57,195 nt of DNA. Source: a virus (lineage: Duplodnaviria > Caudoviricetes). Shown piece by piece: positions 36,005 through 45,461 of this stretch. Location: IMG/VR virus record IMGVR_UViG_3300016667_000411, positions 1 through 57,195 of that record. One strand, 5' to 3'. Made by a program: the position numbers and the translations under genes. The first letter of the stretch is position 1. Each line of letters opens with the position of its first letter. The notes beneath the pieces were generated by a model. It ran no database searches. It had not been told where the DNA came from and saw only the letters and a list, made by a program, of their open reading frames with translations.

Positions 36005-36408
36005 ACTTGTTCAACGAGACCCCCAAGATGTATGGCGAGCAGAACCAGCTTGGCCAGCCTGAAGCCTTTGCAAAGATGATGGCGCACCGTGAGCAGATGG
36101 CCATGAACGCCTACAGTCCAGACCACAAGGCCATTGCAGGAGCCTCCCAGATCAAGGGACAAGACCAGGGCACGGTGACCATTCAGCTGCGGCAGCTTGA
36201 GAAGAACGTGGCCATGATGAGTGAGGCCATTGAGATGCTGCGCAGCAAGCTGTCTCCTATATTGGAAGCCGTGCCTGAACGTGACAAGAACCCTGCCCAA
36301 AAGCCGCCAGCAACGAGCGAGATGGCTGGCTTCATCAGCAGGCTCAATGATGTGCTGACTGATCAGGTCTACCGTGTGCGAAGCTTGACTGAAGGAGTCG
36401 ATCTATGA
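36001..36408 (+). CDS. Hypothetical protein (135 aa)
   Basis: GAGGAG RBS; ATGA overlaps. Confidence 0.7.
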   Translation: MNLFNETPKMYGEQNQLGQPEAFAKMMAHREQMAMNAYSPDHKAIAGASQIKGQDQGTVTIQLRQLEKNVAMMSEAIEMLRSKLSPILEAVPERDKNPAQKPPATSEMAGFISRLNDVLTDQVYRVRSLTEGVDL

Positions 36409-37013
36409 AATTCCGCAAGAAGCCCGTCGTCATCGAGGCGACTCAATGGTTCAAGATGGGTGACCACCCGGCCGTTGGGCACAACGGCTCTGAGAAAGGG
36501 ATCATCCAGACGCTTGAAGGACCCATGACCGTGAGCCCAGGCGACTGGATCATCACTGGGGTCAAGGGCGAACACTACCCATGCAAGCCGGACATCTTTG
36601 AGGCGACGTATGAAGCTGCCGAGCCAGCTCCTGTCAAGGCGCAGTGGTGCTACAGCGTCAACGAGGAGAACTACTACGGGTCTCACGACACGGAGGCCGA
36701 AGCTCATGGCGAAGCCCAGCAGCATCTGCATTACGACATGGAAGTTGGCGACACGGCGGAATACTGGGTGGCAAAGGTCAAGGCTGCCGAGGAATTCTTG
36801 ACGGCCCAATGGGTCGGCCAGTCTATTGCTGACAGCATGGAAGATTGGCTGGCTGATGAGATCGGATGGGATGATCGCCTCGTCGAGTTGAGTGCAACTG
36901 AAGCCATTGAGCTTGGCCAGATGGTCATCTCATACATCAGGAAGGTCGATGGCTTCAGGGCTTACGGAATCGCAGAGCCTCAGAAGCACACGTACACGAA
37001 GGAAGAAGAGTGA
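36405..37013 (+). CDS. Conserved phage protein (PGDYG-like N-terminal domain) fused to a second domain
   Basis: 'FRKKPVVIEA.QW...TLEG...SPGDWII.G..GE.YPCKPDIF..TYE'. Confidence 0.75.
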   Translation: MKFRKKPVVIEATQWFKMGDHPAVGHNGSEKGIIQTLEGPMTVSPGDWIITGVKGEHYPCKPDIFEATYEAAEPAPVKAQWCYSVNEENYYGSHDTEAEAHGEAQQHLHYDMEVGDTAEYWVAKVKAAEEFLTAQWVGQSIADSMEDWLADEIGWDDRLVELSATEAIELGQMVISYIRKVDGFRAYGIAEPQKHTYTKEEE

Positions 37014-37216
37014 ACCAACTTAGACCCACCATGGCAAGGGGAAGTCCAAGGGGCATGGCAACGGCCAAGCTGCCCAGGGATGCGATTCAGTTCGTTGAGA
37101 CCGAGGCCATCGACATCTTCATCACGATGACCAATGGTGGCTGCACGTTTCAACAAGCCCTTGCTGCCATCTTCATGAGCGGCATGAACTTGGCAAAGAC
37201 ATTGGAGGAGTCATGA
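37010..37216 (+). CDS. Hypothetical protein
   Basis: Coupled small ORF. Confidence 0.6.
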   Translation: MNQLRPTMARGSPRGMATAKLPRDAIQFVETEAIDIFITMTNGGCTFQQALAAIFMSGMNLAKTLEES

Positions 37217-37443
37217 ACGTCAAGTTCACCACGGTTCGCCGCAAGAATCTTGAAGGCAAGGCTTGCGTCGCGCCGTTCATCAACGACTGGAATGTGTGGG
37301 ACATACCAGAGAAGCAATGGACACCAGCCATCCAAGACGCCATCGCCAGAGCCTTCTACATCGGAGCTAGGCTCATGAGAGACGAGTACCAGAAGCATCA
37401 CCCGGTCATCCCAGAGTTTCCGGAGTGGAAGGAAAAGTCATGA
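37213..37443 (+). CDS. Hypothetical protein
   Basis: GGAGG RBS; ATGA overlaps. Confidence 0.7.
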   Translation: MNVKFTTVRRKNLEGKACVAPFINDWNVWDIPEKQWTPAIQDAIARAFYIGARLMRDEYQKHHPVIPEFPEWKEKS

Positions 37444-37778
37444 AGCTTCCAAGGCTACCAGCAGCAGGCAGCATTCTCGAAGCCAAGTACACGCCGAAGC
37501 AGATGAAAGACTACGCAACAAAGGCCATCACCATGAGCAAAGCAGAAGACATCGCAGAACTGGAGCACGAGAACAAGCTTCTCAGGGCCCGCAACGAGAG
37601 ATTGGAGAAGGAGCTGGCAGCAAGGCCCAAGGTCACGAGTGAACTGCTCTTGACCGTGGCCTGCGCAGGACTGTCTCCTGACCAGCATGACCACTTCATG
37701 GCGATGTCAGAACACCAGCCTGACATCTACGAGCACCTGGCCAATGCGATCAACAGGAGGCTTGAGGAGAAGCCATGA
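37440..37778 (+). CDS. Hypothetical protein (112 aa)
   Basis: ATGA overlaps; coiled coil 'ENKLLRARNERLE'. Confidence 0.7.
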   Translation: MKLPRLPAAGSILEAKYTPKQMKDYATKAITMSKAEDIAELEHENKLLRARNERLEKELAARPKVTSELLLTVACAGLSPDQHDHFMAMSEHQPDIYEHLANAINRRLEEKP

Positions 37779-38362
37779 CCACACAACACACTGACAGAGA
37801 ACTGATGCAGCTGGCGCTGGAGGCGTTGGAAACTGGTGGGTGGAATAAGACTACCGCAGCCATCACCGCCCTGCGCGAGAGGCTGGCGATTGAAGCCATT
37901 GACGCACTGGCCGAGCAGCCAGCACAGCAGGAAAAGGACGCACTTGCCGTTGACCAGATTTTCAAAGGAGTGCCCCGGCGCAAGCTGGAGCGGCTACTGG
38001 CTGACGGTTGGCGCATAAACGGCGTGAGCATTGAGCGCACCGAAGCTGATGGAACATCAAGGCGCGGCGCGGTCACTGGTGGCGGCATGGTGCTGTGGTG
38101 GAATCAAGAGCAGCCAGCACAGCAGCAGGAGCCGGTGGCGTGGATGTATGACTGCGGAGGCGGTGGGAGGATGTACGCGGAAGAGTTAGATGGCGTACCC
38201 GGATGGACGCCCCTCTACACATCCCCACCAGCAAGCAAGCCGTGGGTGGGGCTGACGCAGCAAGATATCGACATCGCCTTTGATGACACACAAGAAGGTG
38301 GTGGTTTCAATGAGTTTGCCCGCACCATCGAAGCCAAGCTGAAGGAAAAGAACAATGGATGA
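37775..38362 (+). CDS. Mosaic hypothetical protein
   Basis: 'LALEALE', 'QEPVAW', 'PLYTSPP...WVGLT' and 'IEAKLKEKN' motifs. Confidence 0.75.
   Translation: MTTQHTDRELMQLALEALETGGWNKTTAAITALRERLAIEAIDALAEQPAQQEKDALAVDQIFKGVPRRKLERLLADGWRINGVSIERTEADGTSRRGAVTGGGMVLWWNQEQPAQQQEPVAWMYDCGGGGRMYAEELDGVPGWTPLYTSPPASKPWVGLTQQDIDIAFDDTQEGGGFNEFARTIEAKLKEKNNG
37913..38125 (+). repeat. 18-nt exact direct repeat GAGCAGCCAGCACAGCAG (37913-37930 and 38108-38125)
   Basis: Read directly; the copies are 195 nt apart and in frame. Confidence 0.9.
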
Positions 38363-38483
38363 GGGTTATTACTGCGTGGTCTGCGGCAAGTTCTTGCCAG
38401 CCGATGAGGACGGCGTAATCGTGCATGACGATTTGCCACACCCAGCAGACATGACTTTTGACGAAGAGGAAAAACCGCAATGA
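38355..38483 (+). CDS. Hypothetical protein (42 aa, CxxC)
   Basis: MDEGYYCVVCGKFLP...; overlaps both neighbours. Confidence 0.65.
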   Translation: MDEGYYCVVCGKFLPADEDGVIVHDDLPHPADMTFDEEEKPQ

Positions 38484-38680
38484 CACCGAAACAGATCAAC
38501 GACCTCAAGAAAGAACACAACGCTGCATTAGAAGCTGGGCAAGAGCTTTACGCGCAAGTGATGAAGTTGCACAAGCAATGCCTTGACTTGCAAAGACAGA
38601 TCAGCGCCGCAGAAGGTCCGGACTACGACCCAATCCCATTGATATTTGGTGACGGATTTTGGATTGACCCTGACTTATGA
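38480..38680 (+). CDS. Hypothetical protein
   Basis: GAGG RBS; ATGA overlap. Confidence 0.65.
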   Translation: MTPKQINDLKKEHNAALEAGQELYAQVMKLHKQCLDLQRQISAAEGPDYDPIPLIFGDGFWIDPDL

Positions 38681-38714
38681 GCGTTATCAAAACCAAGCTG
38701 CGGGAGAAGAACGC

Positions 38715-38990
38715 ATGACAGTCAGATGCAAGGTCTGCAGGACGAGAAGGGCGACGTTCACGAGTCTGCTGCAACACGTCAAGGAGAGTGGCCACCGGAA
38801 GCCGTGTCAATGCTCCGGGTACCACTATCCCCACAGGCCAGGCAGTCCTTGCTGCGACCAGGATCCTCGGGCCCCGTATCTGCGGGCCGTGAGGGCTGGG
38901 GAGATGGACATGGCTGATGCCCTGATCGAGATGGCTTTCGACGGCATTGGCGGCAAGATTTCAAAACCGGGCGATCCCTGCCCATTCTAG
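38715..38990 (+). CDS. Cys/His-rich zinc-finger-like protein (91 aa)
   Basis: 'CKVC...HVKESGH' and 'CQCSGYHYPHRPGSPCC'. Confidence 0.7.
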   Translation: MTVRCKVCRTRRATFTSLLQHVKESGHRKPCQCSGYHYPHRPGSPCCDQDPRAPYLRAVRAGEMDMADALIEMAFDGIGGKISKPGDPCPF

Positions 38991-38999
38991 GAGAGAAGC

Positions 39000-39248
39000 A
39001 TGGAAATACAGATCGACGAGCGGGCTCTGATGGAGCCGAATGCGACAGACGAGTTCATCGTGGTCAACCGGAAAGGACTGGAGCAGGTCTTGCAGCTGGT
39101 CAACACGATCACGCTGGGGGACTATGCGGTCAGGGTAGACCCGCAGGCCAAGAAGGTGGTCATCTTCCACGAGTCTGGAGAAGGTGGCGAGTTCAACTTT
39201 GAGAAGTTTCACGACCACGTCGCGGCCTTCTACAAAGAACACTTTTGA
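39000..39248 (+). CDS. Hypothetical protein
   Basis: AGGAG RBS; 82 aa. Confidence 0.7.
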   Translation: MEIQIDERALMEPNATDEFIVVNRKGLEQVLQLVNTITLGDYAVRVDPQAKKVVIFHESGEGGEFNFEKFHDHVAAFYKEHF

Positions 39249-39264
39249 GGATCGGAGGTTTAAG

Positions 39265-39441
39265 ATGCCGTGGTGCGTGGCTTGTAAACAGGAATGCCAG
39301 GTCGTCGACATGGACTTCGGCATTGGGGCCTACGAGTACTGGGGAATGCGGGGTGTCCATCAGGACATCCAGGCAGTGTCTAGTTGCTGCGAGGATGATT
39401 GGACAGATGAAGCACCAGAAGAGGAGAACGATGATGACTGA
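39265..39441 (+). CDS. Hypothetical protein (58 aa)
   Basis: GGAGG RBS; 'CVAC...DFGIGAYEYWG...SSCC'. Confidence 0.75.
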   Translation: MPWCVACKQECQVVDMDFGIGAYEYWGMRGVHQDIQAVSSCCEDDWTDEAPEEENDDD

Positions 39442-39495
39442 CGTCATTCTAGGGGTTCTGGCGGGTATCCTGGCTTGGCTGCTGGGAGGCGGCTG

Positions 39496-39588
39496 ATGGC
39501 GGACGACAAGCCCTGGTACAAGGATTGGTTCCTTTGGGTCATGGTCATCACGACGGTGGTGGCGAACGTTTGGACGTGGCTGCTATGA
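39496..39588 (+). CDS. Small membrane peptide (30 aa)
   Basis: GGAGG RBS; MADDKPWYKDWFLWVMVITTVVANVWTWLL; coupled on both sides. Confidence 0.5.
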   Translation: MADDKPWYKDWFLWVMVITTVVANVWTWLL

Positions 39589-39851
39589 CCGAATGCTGCA
39601 ACCACAACTGCAATCAGGGCAGGACCTGTCCGCTCCGCACAAAAATGGAGGACTTCCATGAGCTCGATCTTCAACTCGGAGACGCCCTTGCCGAAAATCG
39701 ACGCCTCGAAGCTGAGAATCGAAGGCTCAGGCAAGCGCTTCAGTACGCTGCAAGAGTATGTGAGCTGGCCATTCGGGAAGAAGGATCCGGAACTGGTCAG
39801 GCGGTTCTACGCCGGCCAAGAGAAGGCCAGGAAAAAGAGTGCAATGACTGA
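39585..39851 (+). CDS. Hypothetical protein (88 aa)
   Basis: 'CCNHNCNQGRTCPLR' N-terminus followed by a coiled coil. Confidence 0.65.
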   Translation: MTECCNHNCNQGRTCPLRTKMEDFHELDLQLGDALAENRRLEAENRRLRQALQYAARVCELAIREEGSGTGQAVLRRPREGQEKECND

Positions 39852-39923
39852 TGCGCCAGAGGCCCCATTCTGAGGTATACTGACCCTGCTGGAAATTAGC
39901 AGTTGCCAGCATCCAGTTGAATT

Positions 39924-39949
39924 GAGGGGCTTTCAGGCCCCTCTTTTTT
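39924..39949 (+). terminator. Intrinsic terminator
   Basis: GAGGGGC-TTTCAG-GCCCCTC followed by six T. Confidence 0.88.
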
Positions 39950-39977
39950 CTTTACGCAGTGCGAGGCCCAGCCCTTG

Positions 39978-40424
39978 CTATTCCTCGTCCGCATGCTCGC
40001 GGACCCTGCAGCCCAGCTCGACCGGATCCATCTTCAGGTAAGACTTGACGGCGTCCCGACGCTTCTGGCTCTTGGGGTTGCCGCACGATGGGCAAGCGTG
40101 ACCACACACCGTACAAAAAGCCTGAGGACTCTCGAAAGCGCGGATGACCCGACGCTTGTGCTCTTCCTTGCAATGGTCGAGCCACTTGGTCTTCCAACCA
40201 CGCAGCGCGATGAGCTCGTCGATCTTCTCGATGACATGATTCGTGACCTTGCGGCCCTTGATGGCATTGAAGAACGTGCCGCGAGACAGGTCTAGGCCAT
40301 CTTCGGCTTCACGGTCATAGAGCCGGCTGATATTCGGCTGGCCGGTTCCGTACTCGCTGACCCAGATCAGGATCTTGATGGTGTCTAAGTCGAGTGCCGA
40401 GGTTGCTTCTACAGGACGTGACAT
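39978..40424 (-). CDS. Putative transcription regulator (HTH-like plus zinc ribbon)
   Basis: AAGGAG RBS; 'LSRGTFFNAIKG' recognition-helix-like segment; 'CTVCGHACPSC'. Confidence 0.55.
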   Translation of the reverse strand: MSRPVEATSALDLDTIKILIWVSEYGTGQPNISRLYDREAEDGLDLSRGTFFNAIKGRKVTNHVIEKIDELIALRGWKTKWLDHCKEEHKRRVIRAFESPQAFCTVCGHACPSCGNPKSQKRRDAVKSYLKMDPVELGCRVREHADEE

Positions 40425-40487
40425 GGTTGCTCCTTGGTTCAGGGAGTTAGATTATATATTGAGAATGCAAGGGATGCAGCAAATTGT

Positions 40488-40654
40488 CAAAACGCTATAG
40501 ATAGATTTCAGAGCCAAAACAAAGAGGATCAGTACAGTCTGTTTTCGGCACGCGCGATCTTATACTATCGAGCGAACGATATACTCTAGAGTTGTTTCTT
40601 GTATAGATCCACTTAGTTATGGCTAAAAAATATGCATATAGGGATTTTGGATCG
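40488..40654. repeat. Palindromic non-coding element, copy B
   Basis: Blocks of 41/47 and 32/35 identity to copy A; the outer arms are imperfect reverse complements. Confidence 0.9.
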
Positions 40655-40720
40655 ACCAGTGTACGTGTTCTCGCGGTTTGATCTACAATAGAGGTCACAC
40701 AGAATGCAAGGAGTACAGGT

Positions 40721-41044
40721 ATGCCATTCCAGAAAGGAGTGAAGCCAGAAGGCTCCGGACGCAAGAAAGGCACGCCGAACAAGCGAAATGTCCTGCGCCA
40801 AGAGACCTTCGACCGCATCGTCGAGAAGCACGGCGATCCCCTCGAAGCATTAGCAGAGATGGCTTTTGACCCGAATCATGACCTTTTGGTGCGCAAAGAC
40901 TGCATGAAGGAGCTGGTTCAGTACGGCTACGCCAAGAAGAAGTCGGTCGAGATTTCCGGTCCTGACGGCCAGCCTCTGGAGGTCCGGTTCCAGCTGATCG
41001 AGCAGATCACCGGGCTGATCGAGAAGTTGAACGGCAGCAAATGA
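40721..41044 (+). CDS. terS: Terminase small subunit
   Basis: 'FQKG...GRKKGTPNK' N-terminus; coupled to terL. Confidence 0.75.
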   Translation: MPFQKGVKPEGSGRKKGTPNKRNVLRQETFDRIVEKHGDPLEALAEMAFDPNHDLLVRKDCMKELVQYGYAKKKSVEISGPDGQPLEVRFQLIEQITGLIEKLNGSK

Positions 41045-42519
41045 TCCTGTCGCCTGCTGAGCTGACCGCGATCCAGGCAAATCTGGCTCAGTTGGAGCTG
41101 GACGACCTGGCCATGTTGGCTTGGCGGCTCAAGTGGAAGGCCACAGCTCGCCCAGAGCAGATGACGCCGGCCGGTCTCTGGAACGTCTGGCTGATCCTGG
41201 CTGGACGCGGCTTTGGCAAGACGAGGACCGGAGCCGAGGACATCGCCTGGTACGCTGCAACCAACCCAGGTGTCCGCTGCGGGGTCATCGCACCGACCTC
41301 TGGTGACGTCAGGGGCGTGTGCTTCGAGGGCGAATCAGGCATCATGAGCCTGCTGCCCGACAACATCGTGGACAACTACAACCGGTCCATCGGCGAGATC
41401 ACCCTGAAGAACGGGGCATCGATCCGTGGCTTCTCGGCTGAAGAGCCCAGTCGTTTGCGCGGTCCCCAGTTCCACCGCGTCTGGTGCGACGAGCTGGCTG
41501 CCTGGCAATACCTTGACGAGACCTGGGACATGATGCAGTTCGGCCTGCGCCTTGGCGAGCATCCACAGGTCGTGGCCACCACAACCCCGAAGCCCTTGGA
41601 ACTGATCCGGAAGCTCATCAAGGAGGCCGAGAGCAAGAAGGGCAAGGTCATCGTTACACGCGGGTCGACCTACGACAACGCAGCGAACCTGGCCAAGACT
41701 TTCCTTGAGCAGATCACGCAGTACGAGGGAACCCAGCTCGGTCGCCAGGAGATCCATGCCGAGGTCATCGACCCTGAAGAGTCCGGCATCATCAAGCGCA
41801 GCTGGCTGAAGCTCTGGTCCAAGGACAAACCGCTGCCGTCCTTCGAGTACATCGTCATGAGCCTTGACACGGCCTTCAGCGAGAAGACCACGGACCGCAA
41901 GAGCCACGACCCTGACTACACGGCTTGTTCGGTCTGGGGCGTGTTCAGGCATGAGAAGAAGCCAGCCTTCCTGCTCCTGGATTGCTGGCAAGACCGCCTT
42001 GGCATGCCGGACCTCATCGACCGGGTCAAGAAGGAGATGGTCGTGCGGTACGGAGATGACGACATGAAGCCCGTCATCAAGCCGCTGGTCGGTCCCAAGC
42101 AGTCCTACCTGGTCGGCAAGGCGCCTGACCTGCTGGTCATCGAGGACAAGGGCTCAGGGATCAGTCTCCGCCAGATGCTGGCCCGTGAGGACATCCTGGC
42201 CTACCCGTACAACCCGGGCAATGCCGACAAGCTCCAGCGGCTTCACGCGGTCTCGCATTTATTTGCACACGGACACGTTTGGGTTGTAGAATCTGACAAA
42301 CGGCCTGGGAATCCTCGTTCCTGGGCTGACCCTTTAATAACTCAGCTCTGCAGTTTCCACGGAGAAGGCTCGATCAAGCATGATGACTTTGTTGACAGCA
42401 CGACGCAAGCGCTCAGGCTCTTGGCCGACCGCAACGCGCTCTCCGTCACCAAGGCCGTGCCCAAAGGTCCTGTGGAGCGAGAGAACAAACCGCGGCTAGT
42501 CAATCCCTACGCTGCCTGA
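41041..42519 (+). CDS. terL: Terminase large subunit
   Basis: 'AGRGFGKT', 'LRGPQF', 'WCDE', 'TTTP', 'SLDTA' and 'HDDFVDS'. Confidence 0.96.
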   Translation: MILSPAELTAIQANLAQLELDDLAMLAWRLKWKATARPEQMTPAGLWNVWLILAGRGFGKTRTGAEDIAWYAATNPGVRCGVIAPTSGDVRGVCFEGESGIMSLLPDNIVDNYNRSIGEITLKNGASIRGFSAEEPSRLRGPQFHRVWCDELAAWQYLDETWDMMQFGLRLGEHPQVVATTTPKPLELIRKLIKEAESKKGKVIVTRGSTYDNAANLAKTFLEQITQYEGTQLGRQEIHAEVIDPEESGIIKRSWLKLWSKDKPLPSFEYIVMSLDTAFSEKTTDRKSHDPDYTACSVWGVFRHEKKPAFLLLDCWQDRLGMPDLIDRVKKEMVVRYGDDDMKPVIKPLVGPKQSYLVGKAPDLLVIEDKGSGISLRQMLAREDILAYPYNPGNADKLQRLHAVSHLFAHGHVWVVESDKRPGNPRSWADPLITQLCSFHGEGSIKHDDFVDSTTQALRLLADRNALSVTKAVPKGPVERENKPRLVNPYAA

Positions 42520-42531
42520 CCGGAGAACTGA

Positions 42532-45069
42532 ATGGCTGAACAAGACAACCAAGGCGAATACGTCGAACTCCCGGACGAGGACAGCGATGTCGAAGACACC
42601 GAGGATGGTGGCGCACTGGTCACGCTCGACACGTCAACGCCGCCTGGTCAGACCGAGTTCTACGCGAACTTGGCTGAGTCAATGCCAAGCTGGGAGCTAT
42701 CGAACCTTGGCACCAGCCTTGCTGAGCTGATCGAGAAGGACAAGGAAGCTCGCAAGCGTCGCGACGAGCAATACGAAGAAGGCCTGCGCCGCACGGGCCT
42801 CGGTGATGATGCCCCAGGCGGTGCGTCATTCACTGGCGCCAGCAAGGTCGTTCACCCGATGCTGACTCAGGCATGCGTGGACTTTGCTGCTCGCGCCATG
42901 AAGGAGATCTTCCCGTCTGACGGACCGGCCAAAGAGAAGATCATTGGCGAGCCCACGCTTGAGAAGGTCGAGAAAGCCCAACGCATCACGCGCTACCTGA
43001 ACTGGCAGATGACCAAGCAGATGCCTGAGTTCAGGGCAGAGCTTGAGCAGCTCATGACGCAGCTGCCATTGGGTGGTGGTCAGTATCTCAAGATCACTTG
43101 GGACCCGAACAAGAAGCGTCCGGTCCCGATGTTCGTGCCCATCGATGACGTGTACCTGCCCTTTGCAGCGACCAACTACTACACGTCTGAGCGCAAGACC
43201 CATGTCCAGTACCTGACCAAGATCGAGTACCAGAAGCGCGTCGATGCAGGCATGTACCTTGACGTCGACCTGCGTGTTGACCCGATGCCTCCTGAGGAGT
43301 CCAAGGCCCAGAAGGCCAACGACAAGATCGAGGGACGAGCCTCCACTGGTTACAACGAAGACGGCCTGCGAGTCGTGTTCGAGTGCTACGTGCTCATGGA
43401 CATTGGCAATGGCGACGGCTTGGCTCCGTACATCATCAGCATCGACAAGAACACGCAGCGAATCCTGAGCATCTATCGCAACTGGGAAGAAGAGGACGAG
43501 ACCAAGCAGGAAATGTACTGGATGGTCGAGTTCCCGTTCGTGCCTTGGCGCGGGGCTTACCCGATCGGCATGATCCACATGATTGGTGGCCTGTCAGCTG
43601 CGGCCACTGGAGCCTTGAGAGCGCTGCTCGACTCAGCCCACATCAACAACTTCCCTGGCCTGCTGAAGCTCAAGTCAGGAGCTGGCGGCCAGACAGACCG
43701 TGTTGACCCAACCGAGGTCAAGGAGATTGAAGGCAGCTTCGGTGCTGACGACATCCGCAAGGTCCTCATGCCGATGCCGTACAACCCGCCAAGCCCAGTG
43801 CTGTTCAGCCTGCTCGGCTTCTTGGTTGACGCCAGCCAACAGGTCGTCAGGACCACGTTCGAAGAGCTGGCCGACAGCAACGCCAACACCCCAGTCGGTA
43901 CAACCCTTGCCCGCCTTGAGCAGGGCATGGTCGTGTTCTCAGCCATCCATGCTCGCATGCATGATGCCATGGCTCGCGTGCTGAACCTGCTGTTCCGCCT
44001 GAACAAGACCTACCTTGAAGAATCGGAAGTCATTGACGAGACTGGCGAGCTGCTGGTCCGCCGCAAGGACTTCGAAGGCCCGATGAATGTCGTGCCTGTC
44101 TCTGACCCCAACATCTTCAGTGAAGCCCAGCGCTTTGCCCAGGTGCAGGCCGTCATGGCCCGAGCCGAGAAGATGCCGCAGCTCTACGACATCCGCAAGG
44201 TCGAAGAGATGTTCCTCGAGCGGCTCAAGATCCCGCAGGGCAAGGACCTGCTGGCTCCGAAGCAGCAACCGCTTGAGCTGAACGCAGTGAACGAGAACAT
44301 TGCGGCCACGATGAAGCGGCCAATTGTCGCTTTCCCTGAGCAGGACCACCTCGCCCACTTGCAGGTGCACCTGGACTTCATCACGAACCCCATGTTCGGC
44401 GGCAACAAGATCATCGGCATGCAAGCCGTGCCGTTCTTGCTGGACCACATCAAGGAGCACATGGTCCTGTGGTACGCCAACCAGATCTTCAACGAGGCCT
44501 CTGACGCAGCCCAAGTCGACATCGGCGAGATTCAGAAGGACGCGACCACCGAAGAGAAACAGGCCCTGGACCGCATGCTGGCAGCAACCAGCCAAGTGGT
44601 CAACAAGCAGGCGCAGGAGACGTTCAGCGAGATTCCTGCCATCATCCAGCAGACCATCGAGATGCTGCAGCAGATGCAGCCGCCGCCTCAGATGCCTGCA
44701 GATCCTCGCGTCGAGGTCATGAAGCAACAGGTCGAGCAACGTGCTCAGAAGGACCAGGCAGATGCCCAGTTCAAGCAGCAGAAAGCCCAGACCGATGCTC
44801 AGCTCAAACAGGCCGAGATGCAACTTCGCAGCCAAGAGCGTCAGATGGCCCTGCAGCAACAGATCCAGACGCTGCAAGCCGAGCTGCAACGTGAGCAACT
44901 GCGTCAGTCTGCCGAAGACCAGCGCACACGGGCCGAGATCGAAGCGCGCTTGGCCATGAACGAATCCGACAACCAGACTGCCAAGCAACTGGCAGCTCTG
45001 GAGATTGCGTCGGGCAACCGAGTCGGTGTCTCAACAGGCACAGGCATCAACCCCAACCCACGTCCATAA
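42532..45069 (+). CDS. Portal protein
   Basis: 845 aa directly after terL; 'HPMLTQACVDF', 'PVGTTLA' and a long C-terminal coiled-coil barrel. Confidence 0.9.
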   Translation: MAEQDNQGEYVELPDEDSDVEDTEDGGALVTLDTSTPPGQTEFYANLAESMPSWELSNLGTSLAELIEKDKEARKRRDEQYEEGLRRTGLGDDAPGGASFTGASKVVHPMLTQACVDFAARAMKEIFPSDGPAKEKIIGEPTLEKVEKAQRITRYLNWQMTKQMPEFRAELEQLMTQLPLGGGQYLKITWDPNKKRPVPMFVPIDDVYLPFAATNYYTSERKTHVQYLTKIEYQKRVDAGMYLDVDLRVDPMPPEESKAQKANDKIEGRASTGYNEDGLRVVFECYVLMDIGNGDGLAPYIISIDKNTQRILSIYRNWEEEDETKQEMYWMVEFPFVPWRGAYPIGMIHMIGGLSAAATGALRALLDSAHINNFPGLLKLKSGAGGQTDRVDPTEVKEIEGSFGADDIRKVLMPMPYNPPSPVLFSLLGFLVDASQQVVRTTFEELADSNANTPVGTTLARLEQGMVVFSAIHARMHDAMARVLNLLFRLNKTYLEESEVIDETGELLVRRKDFEGPMNVVPVSDPNIFSEAQRFAQVQAVMARAEKMPQLYDIRKVEEMFLERLKIPQGKDLLAPKQQPLELNAVNENIAATMKRPIVAFPEQDHLAHLQVHLDFITNPMFGGNKIIGMQAVPFLLDHIKEHMVLWYANQIFNEASDAAQVDIGEIQKDATTEEKQALDRMLAATSQVVNKQAQETFSEIPAIIQQTIEMLQQMQPPPQMPADPRVEVMKQQVEQRAQKDQADAQFKQQKAQTDAQLKQAEMQLRSQERQMALQQQIQTLQAELQREQLRQSAEDQRTRAEIEARLAMNESDNQTAKQLAALEIASGNRVGVSTGTGINPNPRP

Positions 45070-45079
45070 GGAGACCACC

Positions 45080-45241
45080 ATGGAAGCCATCAACTTGCAC
45101 AAGCAATTGGCCATGGGCAAACCCTACCCAACGTCCATTCAGGGCAGCGGGAAGGATCCAGCCCCAACCCCAGCTCAGCCCAAAGCTGACTACAAGAAGA
45201 TGCCCAAGATGCAGGTCCAAAAAACCGGCAAGGGCAAATAA
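45080..45241 (+). CDS. Small basic hypothetical protein (53 aa)
   Basis: AAGGAG RBS; 'INLHKQLAMG'. Confidence 0.7.
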   Translation: MEAINLHKQLAMGKPYPTSIQGSGKDPAPTPAQPKADYKKMPKMQVQKTGKGK

Positions 45242-45442
45242 GTGTTCGACCGGATCTTCGCAAAGATCGACGCCGAGAAGGCGCGCATTGCTCATGAGGC
45301 CATGGCGCAGAAGTTCGGCGAAGGCAAGGACATCAGCTACGAGACAGGCAGACAGCAGGGCGTGTACGCAGGCCTTGACAGAGCCAAGCAGCTGATCGAG
45401 CAGCTTTTGCGAGATCAAGACGAGCGTGACTCAAAACTTTGA
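45242..45442 (+). CDS. Hypothetical protein
   Basis: Small helical ORF 'Y....G...GL..A' upstream of the GroES-like gene. Confidence 0.7.
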   Translation: MFDRIFAKIDAEKARIAHEAMAQKFGEGKDISYETGRQQGVYAGLDRAKQLIEQLLRDQDERDSKL

Positions 45443-45461
45443 ACAGCATACGGAGAAGCGA

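Noticed and set aside
36405-37013. Assigning an anti-defence function to the KKPVVIEA-family protein
   Set aside because: The family motif is recognisable, but I cannot support a specific function from the sequence alone.
19365-40654. Repeat pair as transposon ends or terminal repeats
   Set aside because: No transposase; the copies are diverged and enclose only the ~21 kb early block, not a whole genome.
40495-40818. 107 aa minus-strand ORF over the repeat, and the 79 aa ORF at 19280-19519
   Set aside because: Both overlap the palindromic element and real genes; the similarity is better explained at DNA level.
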